Origin: Gordius albopunctatus
Taxonomy: Eukaryota
DNA length: 64,000 nt
NCBI GenBank assembly: GCA_964276515.1
Contig: OZ193909.1
Location: 19,220,001 to 19,284,000 of the forward strand
Reading direction: 5' to 3'
A program made the translations under genes and the position numbers. Position 1 is the stretch's first letter. Each line of letters opens with the position of its first letter. Positions 54,498 to 64,000 of the stretch are shown here, in pieces. The notes beneath the pieces were generated by a model. That model was not told the DNA's origin. It saw only the letters and a program-made list of their open reading frames with translations, and did no database searches.

Positions 54498-56590
54498 ACA
54501 CTACCAACGACGGTCCCAAGTCCGTGTGAAAAAAGTGGAGGGTTGGCGTCAGGTCGGAAGCCGGCTGTAAAAAGCAACTCCAAACACCATGGCAGCTTCA
54601 AATACGAACTTATACCAGAATGCTAGGGCGTCCTCCCCAAACGACGCGCATTGCATAATCCGCCCGTGCAATGTGAAAAGTATACAAGGGTCACCGCCTC
54701 ACTCACAACGAAGGCGGTTAAGGAACCTAGTTGTCGAACGGACAAGAGTGGCTAGCTGGAATGTGGGCACGCTGACGGGGAAGAGCATCGAGGTTGCGCA
54801 GATGCTAAAAAGGCGAAGGATACACATAGCGTGTCTACAAGAAACACGGTGGCATGGAACAAAAGCCAGGGAGCTAGGAGATGGTTACAAGCTATACTAC
54901 TCGGGTTCCCCATCACGGAAGAACGGGGTCGGTATAGTGCTTAGCGATTCCTTTAAGGACAAGGTAGTCGAAGTCAAACGATGCTCAGATAGATTGATGT
55001 GCATAAAGCTGGCGGATCAAGGCGGCCTTGTCAATGTTATTTGTGCGTATTCGCCCCAGGTTGGATGTTCCGAAAACGAGAAGGACGAATTCTATGAGAA
55101 GCTCGAAGAAGAAATACGCTACGTGAAGCCTGACGAGAATCTCATCATCGGAGCAGACTTTAATGGGCACGTTGGGAAAGAAAGGGGCGTGTACGAACGA
55201 AATCACGGCGGGCATGGCTATGGAGTGAAAAATAAAGAGGGAGAGAAGTTACTACAGATGGCGCAAGCTTACGATATGGCCATTGTGAATACCTTCTTTC
55301 AGAAGCGTACCGAACATTTAGCGACGTACAGTAGTGGAAATCACCTTACACAGGTCGACTACATATTAGTGAAGCGAAAAAATTTGTGGCAAGTTAAAGA
55401 TTGCAAGGTTATAGCGGGGGAAGAAATCGCCAAACAACATCGGCCAGTTGTCATCGATATAGCAAGAAAGATTTTTCCCGTAAGGAGAAAAGTCTACACA
55501 CCAAGGTAAAAGTACGAAAAACTTAAGGATGATCATGCAAATGAAATGTTTCACGCTCGAGCAACTCCGCTCTTGAAGGTTGCAGGCTTGGAGGGCGACA
55601 TTAACAAAAGGTGGGGCACCGTTGCAAATGTTCTAAAGGAAACGGCCTTTCAAATATTGGGACGAACTAAGGGCGGCAGAGCTCACAAGCGTGAACTATG
55701 GTGGTGGAATGACTCGATCAAAGAGTTTATAGAAGAAAAGAAGGCGTTGTATCTACGATGGTACAAAACAAAGAAAGGAGAAGACTACGAGGCATATCGT
55801 GAAGCGAAACGCAAAGCTAAGATAGCGGTCGCGATAGCGAAGAACGAGGCTTACACCGAGATGGCAAACAAGCTCGATACCAAGGGCGGCGACATAGTCA
55901 TGTATAAACTCGCAAAGATCAGGGAGATTAGTTACAGCAGAGAATTCAACTGTCAAAACTGCCTTACCGTTGTAGACGAATATGCTAGGCACCCTCTACA
56001 CTGCCTAGCAAACAAATATAAATACGTTAGGCACACTAAAGCTAATTTATTAATTCAAGCTGCCATTAAAAAGGCCAAAATCCCCTCAATCCTTGAGCCG
56101 TCAGATCCCTCTCTTGAAGGTAGGATGCGCCCTGACGGCTCTTCTCTAGTCCCCTGGCAAAATGGCCTATCCCTCAAATGGGATTTTACTTGTATTGACC
56201 TTTTTGCACCTTCCCATTTTAATTACGACCCTATCGCTACAGAAGAAGGGCGTAAAACTACAAAGTATTCTGCCCTTTTGGCATCCAATATTTTTATCCC
56301 TGTCGTTGCCACGTGCTCTGGTTCCTTTGGAAAACAGGCAATGGGGTTTTTTAAAGAAATCGGAAAACGCACCCCGAAATCTAAAATTTCTGCGTCCTTT
56401 TTACTCAGGCAACAACTAGGGATTCTTGTTGCACGATACAACTTTAAATCATTTGCCGACTCATGGCCCATTTTAGAAGAGAATGATATAAATCTTTGTA
56501 TTTAACAAATGTGTCTTTATTTTTGTATTTCGCTTATTAATGTAACTTTGTTTCTTGAAAATAAACTTTTTAACAAAAAAAAAAAAAAAA
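54498..56590 (+). mobile_element. Chimeric retro-insertion: RTE 5' UTR + APE + linker fused to CRE-type CCHC-RLE + 3' UTR + poly(A)
   Basis: ORF 54589-55509 is an APE (SWNV, LQET, GADFNGH, VDYI); ORF 55546-56505 switches at ~55927 from RTE linker (MYKLAKIRE) to CRE C-terminus (CQNC..HPLHC, RPDG..WDFTC); A16 at 56575-56590; TSD TTAACAATAATAA at 54485-54497 and 56591-56603. Confidence 0.88.
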
Positions 56591-57469
56591 TTAACAATAA
56601 TAACTCAAGGTTAAAAATGTCTATCGCATAAAATTTTTAATTTCTCGTGACCTTCAATGATCTTTTTGATAATATTATGGGCTGTTCAAATTTGGGGGCG
56701 CAATCCCTCGTAAATGGCCCAGAACTTTAAAATATAATCGACGCCATATTTATGAAACGGTTAATTACATAGCCCGGGAGATCACATGCTATAATATTTT
56801 TTTACTTTTATTCGTTTTCAATTATACCTTTTCGTTTATATATCTGTTCGTTATTATAATGTTTAGAACGTTTAATAAAATCTTAATATAGAAAATGAAC
56901 GTAATATTATTTCAACGCAATTAATAAACTAAATTAACACTTTTAACGAAGTTAATATGGGCTACAATAATTGAGAATGTCTTTTTTATTTCAATTGAAA
57001 AATTGTAAAGTGTCTTTATGGTTTAAGGAAAATATTTTTTGGTCATTTTGAATTAAATTTTAAAGTGGGACTGTGTGGTAGTAAATCATCAATGCATTCA
57101 TTTAATCACTTTTTGCCAGTTATGAAAATAATTGCAATATCAAAGTATAAAACACGTTAGCATATCTATATAGTTTTTTAATCTTATCGTTCCGCAATAT
57201 ATGTAATAATATGGCCGTAAATTAAACAATTGATTGACCACGTTAAGAATCTAATTTGAAGTTTTTAAAGATTGTCTAAAAGGTAAAATAACCTTGAAAT
57301 TTACGTCCTAATTTATTGGTTCAAGTTGAAATTAATTAACACCAATAAATTTATTCGTTTATCTTAAATAAATATGCAAGTTTTGCCAAAATCTGAAATC
57401 GGTCTAACTATATAAAGACCGAAATTCTTACGCTATAACACAATCATTTTTGGTTAATCACTAAATAAA

Positions 57470-58464
57470 ATGCTATTGATATTATTAATCAGTGCTATCA
57501 CCATTGCGTCGGCTCTAGCAGGCTCACCAAGTATTTTTCATATCCTTACTCATACTTTTACATGTTCATTAAAGTTGATATTGAGACTAAAGCTATGTAT
57601 TTTTTAGCGGAGCATTGTGACCCAGCTGACGTGAGAGAATGTCGGAATATTTGCCAAACAGTCACTTGTTTAACATTCCCTGGTGCTACCTGTGTGATGA
57701 ATAGATGCTCTAGGTGTGAAGCAGAGTTTTACGTTAAAAAACGCAAAGTCCTATGCGAACAATGTAAATTATCATGCCTTATCTATTATTTAAATAAAAA
57801 CAAATATGTATCATATTACGATTAAAATAATTTAGAATTTTTATAGATGTTACATAAATTTAAATATGATCAGATGGTCAGGCACCAGATCAGCTGACTG
57901 ATGACACAACCCTTCCACAAATTGATGCAACAGGAGAAGACTCAAGTATGTGCGAAAACGGAGTGAGGTTAGTTAATTGCCCCATGGATCCCTGCAAAAG
58001 AGCTAAATGTCCGTTGCATCCCAATGCCGAATGTCGAACGAACAGATGTGGCAAATGTGTAGCTGAATTTTTTAACAGCGACAACACCAAACTGGAATGT
58101 TACAAAAGTAAATAAAAAACGAAAAAGATTAATATTGTTTCTGTTACGGATAATTTAATATAAGGTCTAGAATTAGGTTTGTTGAAACTTTTTAATAATT
58201 ATCAAACAGTCTTAAACTAAAAGTAAACGAGTACTTTCAAACATGGCACCCCCTGTCTTACTGTATTGAATTTTTTTTATAATTCCAAGGATCTAGTGGT
58301 AGGTGCCAACCACCGAATTGTAGGGATAAATGCCCGTTTGGGAGAATACGAGGTTCTGATGGTTGCGAAACGTGCGTTTGTAAGAAAGCTCGTAAGTTTT
58401 TAACAGATTAAAAGATAATGTTTGAAATTATTTTAATTAATACCAATTTTTTTCAGGATTCTAG
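57470..58464 (+). CDS. Small secreted cysteine-rich protein: two Cys-rich repeats + antistasin-like domain (putative protease inhibitor)
   Basis: TATATAAAG ~57409; exons 57470-57530 (signal peptide MLLILLISAITIASALA), 57608-57763, 57874-58107 (VNCPMDPCKRAKCPLHPNAECRTNRCGKCVAEF), 58290-58391 (CQPPNCRDKCPFGRIRGSDGCETCVC), 58457-58464; all introns phase 1 GT-AG. Confidence 0.82.
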
Positions 58465-59499
58465 ATTAACATAAACAAACCAGGATCATCTTTACCTATT
58501 AACTACAATACGATTATAATTATATAAATACTTTTCATATATTGTCTAATAATTTTTTATTATAAAATTCAATTACAAATATTACTATCATAATCAAAAT
58601 TTTTACATAGTTATTGTGTTATATCACTTTCAATAAAAGCGTTATGATGTTTTAAAATCCATGCCACCCTTTTCATATATATAATTTAATTTTTTGATGT
58701 CATGTTAACTTTAATATAAATTAATGTCCGTCTAACAAATAATAAATTTTCCATCTCTAGTTTAACAAAGGATGAAGTAGGATTAATGATTATCACGGAA
58801 TCTAAAATAAATATGATATTATGATCAAAATAACTAACAAATCCTGAATAATTTGTTGAAAAAAGTAAAAGGTATGCTGCCTAAGTTCATATCAAATCTA
58901 AATTTAAAGATATTGTTGTTATACCTATTAGTTGCTTCTATTGAAGTGACAGTGTAATAATTAAAATAATATTTCTAATGGCTTTTTTGCCATATGAAAT
59001 CCATAAAAAATTTATAGTACGATATATTTAAAGAAATTCGTCATCATTTGCGATATCATCGATAATTAAAAATAGCTACAAACGCTAGGTATTAAAATAG
59101 GCTACATAAATCATAAAACTATCGTACGGCGCAAGGGGGATTCTGCAACAGGCTCATTCATCACAGAAACTTATGAATAGATAGTTCTGAAATGTTCAAT
59201 TTAAAAACGCATCAAGTGGTGGCTTAATTAAATTTATAAATTAAAATATAATATAGTTAAATTAAGAGACAAGTAATCGTATGGCATAGGTTAAATATAT
59301 TGCGTAAAAATTTATAGTCAAACATGTTACAATGTTAAAAGGGATCGTTAATTTCCGTCCGTTTGAAATTACATAAGCATGAACATATTTAAGGATGATA
59401 AAGTTATTATGTTAAGCATCTGATTAAATAAATGGATACAAAAGGTATTTAAAACATTGGTGTAATTTAGCAACTTATTTTTACTACTCGTAAGGGTAT

Positions 59500-59660
59500 A
59501 TGTTTAGGCTTTGAAGCAAGAGGTTGCCGGTTCGATACCACTTCCGGCACTTAATTCAAAGATTAAAAATATCTCACTTTGTCAACACGGCTGTCAGGCC
59601 TGGATAGCCGAGCGTCACCCCTCATTCAATTGCTAGAAAGTTCGTAAAAATGAAAGTAAT
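59500..59660 (+). repeat. Possible tRNA-derived SINE remnant
   Basis: B-box-like GGTTCGATAC preceded by GAGGTTGCC; no complete cloverleaf visible. Confidence 0.3.
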
Positions 59661-60039
59661 GGAGGCGCTAGGGATTTATCGATTAAAGACAGCTTTCCTC
59701 GAGCCTAAAGTTGATAACCCGAATTCATCAGTTGACCCAAATTCATCCAAACTAAACAATCACTCGCCGAAAAAGAATTTAGCACAAAAACTAGCGCACT
59801 ACTTCCCAACCCAACCATTACCAAGTCTGGTCGCCAAGTTCATTGGCCCAAAAATTTGTTAATTTTATATGGACTCCGTTTTTACTCAGCGGAATAGATT
59901 TAAGCTTATTTTTAACAAATTTATATTTTAAAAAAAGTTATGAAAATAATGGACTTGACAAAGTTTTTCTTTATTATACTCTTTATTTTTGATTGAAGCA
60001 TCTTGGAATGTTGTCTCTAGCAAAACTATAGAAAATTGT

Positions 60040-60470
60040 TTCAATCGCTAGTCCCATGGGAAAATGGTCTCCTTTTAAAGTGGGATTTTACATGCATAGA
60101 CCTATTTGCCCCCTCTAATCTTAATTATGACCCCATGGCCCTCGCTGAAGAACGAAAGCTCCAAAAATACAAGGTCCTTTTGGATTCTAGTATTTTCATC
60201 CCAATAGTTTCCTCCTGTTCAGGATCCTATGGAAAAATGGCGTTGGCTTTATTCAAAGAAATAGGCAGGCGATCCCCTCCCTCCAAATATTTCCCCGCAT
60301 TTTTATTGAAACAATCAATAGCCATCTTAATTGCAAAATTTAATTTCAAATCTTTTTTGGATTCCTGGCCTCTTCTAAAAGAAGAAGATGAAAACATATT
60401 ACTCATATAATGTTTTTTTAATATCATTATTATATAATTGTACCATTTAATATTATGTTTAGATATATAT
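60040..60470 (+). mobile_element. Short 3' fragment (RLE) of a CRE-like retrotransposon
   Basis: SLVPWENGLLLKWDFTCIDLFAPS..NFKSFLDSWP, same family as 35048 and 55927-56505. Confidence 0.85.
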
Positions 60471-61559
60471 CAACAAACTAACTTAAAAAAATCTTAATCT
60501 GCAAAATGATAGCAGGATTGATGCTGCAGATTGTTTGAATGTTTTTTTCAGAAGATTCTAGCAGCTGATATTCTTTAGTTTGCACCTCATTTTCTACAAC
60601 CAATGACATTTAATTATGATGATGATTGTATTAGCTATTTTGATGATTATACTGATGCTTATATTATAGAGGAAATAGGTAGTTTTACATTTTAATTTAT
60701 AATTTTTTTAACATTTGGAAAGTCAAGATAATCCTGCCTTTGATGTGTGTAATGAAGCTGAATTAATTAAAGAATACCCACCAAAGAAGATACACAGATG
60801 TTTTTTTTACTTTAGCCAAATAAGCCGCTCATATATTAAAAGATCAATATCACACATTTTTTTTTACCAAAAATTAATAGATTAAAAAATAAATATTTAT
60901 GTATTTTTTATTTAATTTTAATAAATTCATCTTAATAATTTATGTTTATTCTGGTATAAATTTTGTTTATTAAACATATTAAAAGGACATAACTTTATAA
61001 TTTAAAATTTTTTATGTATGTATGAAATGGATTCAAGTGTCAGCTAATTCTGTTTAACACCGTAAAGTGCATAAATTAGGTTTGCTCCAAATTTTAAATT
61101 TATATAAATAAGTTATATATATTTATTATATATTAAAAAAAGTAATTTTTGGAACCTCTACCTTGATATTATAAATATCATTAGTTGAAAAGATTTCATA
61201 AACTAAATGAATAATTAAATTAATCGTTTAAATGCTAAAAATCGCTTAAATGATCATTTTTTTAAATATAAGGCCCAGCAATTCTCACTTAAGCGATTTC
61301 GACTGTACCAGATAAGGCTATTGCAGCCCAGCATATACTCGTTGTCATGGACTATACGATCTCCAAGGCCAAAACACAAAATCCCAAGATATTAAATGGG
61401 AAAACAAATGGTTCCGGCTACCAAAATTGAAAGATATTTACAATGATCAAATAATTGAACGGCTGCAAATAGATGATCGGCAGAATGCTAGATGTGTTCT
61501 AGGAGAAGGTAAGCCATGTATACAACGGACCACTGCTAAGGCAAGAACTATGAATATGA

Positions 61560-62910
61560 CCCAGAGTTAGAAGTGACAACAGAAGAGGTTGACGAGGTGC
61601 TTAAAAATATGACCATAGGTAGAGCAATGGGACCTGATAATATACCTATGGAAGGTTTCAAAATGCTAGGCCCCTTAGGTGTACATCTACTTGCAAAGCT
61701 GTTTAATAGAATATTTGCAATTGGTATGGTGCCTGATGGGAGGGAAAGGTATGTTATAGCGATGTATAAAATAGAGGGAGATGTATAAGAATAAAACAAC
61801 TATCGGGGGATAAAGTTAACGAGTCACCTTATGAAGGTGTGGGAAAAGGTTATAAAAGCTAGACTTCGTAAAATAATCTCAATAGATGAACGACAATTTG
61901 GGTTCATGCCTGGAAAGTCAACTTCAGATGCAATTCATAGCCTTAGGAGACTTATGGAAGTATATAAGGAAAAACAAAAGGATCTTTATATGTGTTTCAT
62001 CGATCTTGAGAAAGCTTTTGATAAAGTGCCAAGGCAGTTGATATGGGATAGCATGAGTTCCAATGGTGTACCCGACGCTTATATAATTTCAATAAAGGAT
62101 ATGTATAGAAACGCAAAAACGAAAGTAAGGACATCCAGGCATCGAAGGGATTCAGTCTAAATTTCGGGGTGCATGGATAGGTACTAAGTCCATTGCACTT
62201 CATAAAAATAATGAATTTGATAACTAAGAACCGAAACGCGAATCACCTCGGGCAATGCTCTTTGTGGATGATATAGTGGTTGCGCAGGCCCAAATGTGGA
62301 ATTAGCAGAGCAGGTAAAAATTTGGATGGATCGAATTGAAAGCAAAGGCCTTGGGATCAACCGAGTAGAACTAAATATGTATGCTTGGAGGCGGAAAATC
62401 AATACAAAGAAATACACCTGCAAATCGATGACTGGTGTTTAAGTAGTACGAAGGATTTTAAATATCTTGATTCTAGGGTACAATGTGATGGGGGTATGGA
62501 AAGCGAAATTAAGACAATGATTAAAGCAGGTTGGTTAAAATTCAGAGAATTGAGTGGTGTACTATGTGACAAACACATACCACTCAAATTGAAAGGACAA
62601 TTATATAACACCGTTTTTGTACCCACGGTATTGTATGGGTCGGAAAAATGGGCAAGGCAAAAGAAGAGCTAAGCTTGGCAAAAATGGAGATGCGAATGTT
62701 AAGATGGATCTTAGGAATAAGCAAAAAGGACCACATAAGATATCAAGACATAAGGGATAAACTTAATGTAGTTTTGGTTCAGATAAAGTTGGTGGTAAGA
62801 AGATTGAGATGGTATTGCCATTTGGAGAGACGGGAGGAAAGTCACCTGGCAAAACGTATCAAGAAGGTGCAAGTTGAAGGTAAGTGAAAGAGAGGGAGGC
62901 CTAAGCTGAC
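61560..62910 (+). mobile_element. Degenerate RTE-clade retrotransposon (RT region)
   Basis: GPDNIPME, NYRGIKL, QFGFMPGKST, FIDLEKAFD, GWLKFRELSGVLCDK, LRWYCH; multiple stops and frameshifts; cut at the GRP motif by the next element. Confidence 0.88.
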
Positions 62911-62911
62911 A

Positions 62912-63789
62912 TCTATATATATAAAGTAAAGTCTATGTATGTATGTATGTATGTATGTATGTATGTATGTATGTATGTATGTATGTATGTATGTATGTAT
63001 GTATGTATGTATGTATGTATGTATGTATGTATGTATGTATGTATGTATGTATGTATGTATGTATGTATGTATGTATGTATGTATGTATGTATGTATGTAT
63101 GTATGTATGTATGTATGTATGTATGTATGTATGTATGTATGTATGTATGTATGTATGTATGTATGTATGTATGTATGTATGTATGTATGTATGTATGTAT
63201 GTATGTATGTATGTATGTATGTATGTATGTATGTATGTATGTATGTATGTATGTATGTATGTATGTATGTATGTATGTATGTATGTATGTATGTATGTAT
63301 GTATGTATGTATGTATGTATGTATGTATGTATGTATGTATGTATGTATGTATGTATGTATGTATGTATGTATGTATGTATGTATGTATGTATGTATGTAT
63401 GTATGTATGTATGTATGTATGTATGTATGTATGTATGTATGTATGTATGTATGTATGTATGTATGTATGTATGTATGTATGTATGTATGTATGTATGTAT
63501 GTATGTATGTATGTATGTATGTATGTATGTATGTATGTATGTATGTATGTATGTATGTATGTATGTATGTATGTATGTATGTATGTATGTATGTATGTAT
63601 GTATGTATGTATGTATGTATGTATGTATGTATGTATGTATGTATGTATGTATGTATGTATGTATGTATGTATGTATGTATGTATGTATGTATGTATGTAT
63701 GTATGTATGTATGTATGTATGTATGTATGTATGTATGTATGTATGTATGTATGTATGTATGTATGTATGTATGTATGTATGTATGTATG

Positions 63790-63820
<31 letters not shown>

Positions 63821-64000
63821 GGGCTAAATTCTGAAACTACCGGTCCGATTCGCGCGAAAATTTAACCGTAGATGCCGAGGGCGGCCAGAGGTAAATAGCC
63901 TTTTCAGAATCCTAAAATTCCTTTTAGTTTTAAAAATATAGGCCTTTTAGTTTTAAAAAATTGTTTAATTCTAAAACTACCGGCCCGATTCGCGCGAAAA
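62912..64000 (+). mobile_element. Non-autonomous Helitron-like element (5' part), runs off the window
   Basis: A|TCTATATATATAAAG start, microsatellite, then GCTAAATTCTGAAACTACCGGTCCGATT..GAAA: the layout of microsatellite-bearing non-autonomous Helitrons; the motif recurs at ~63967-64000. 3' CTRR end not visible. Confidence 0.65.
62934..63819. repeat. (TATG)n tetranucleotide array, ~220 units
   Basis: Uninterrupted TATG repeat seen directly. Confidence 0.99.

Noticed and set aside
60570..60860. Two exon-like segments (acidic FNYDDDCISYFDDY.. and DNPAFDVCNEAELIKEYP)
   Set aside because: No recognisable homology or supported gene model; cannot be told from decayed TE sequence.
62935..63834. 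Three ~295-aa MYVC-repeat ORFs
   Set aside because: Artefact of the stop-free (TATG)n microsatellite.

Overview
AT-rich, intron-containing animal genomic DNA (probably an invertebrate; many 34-41 nt introns), not prokaryotic. Six spliced host genes can be traced by eye: the 3' part of ALS2/alsin (+), an LDLa/Ig type-I membrane protein (+), UPF3 (+), RPL13A (+, hosting a U34/SNORD34-like C/D snoRNA), SF3A3 (-) and a small secreted cysteine-rich antistasin-like protein (+). Intergenic and intronic space is dense with MITEs (many hAT-type, TAG...CTA ends, 8-bp TSDs), a triple-nested hAT stack, RTE-clade and CRE-like non-LTR retrotransposons, a foldback element next to the SF3A3 start, and a Helitron-like element carrying ~890 bp of (TATG)n. 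The most unusual item is a TSD-flanked, poly(A)-tailed chimeric retro-insertion (54498-56590) joining an RTE 5' end and AP endonuclease in frame to a CRE-type CCHC/restriction-like endonuclease, with no reverse transcriptase. Exon boundaries were read manually and may be off by a few bases.
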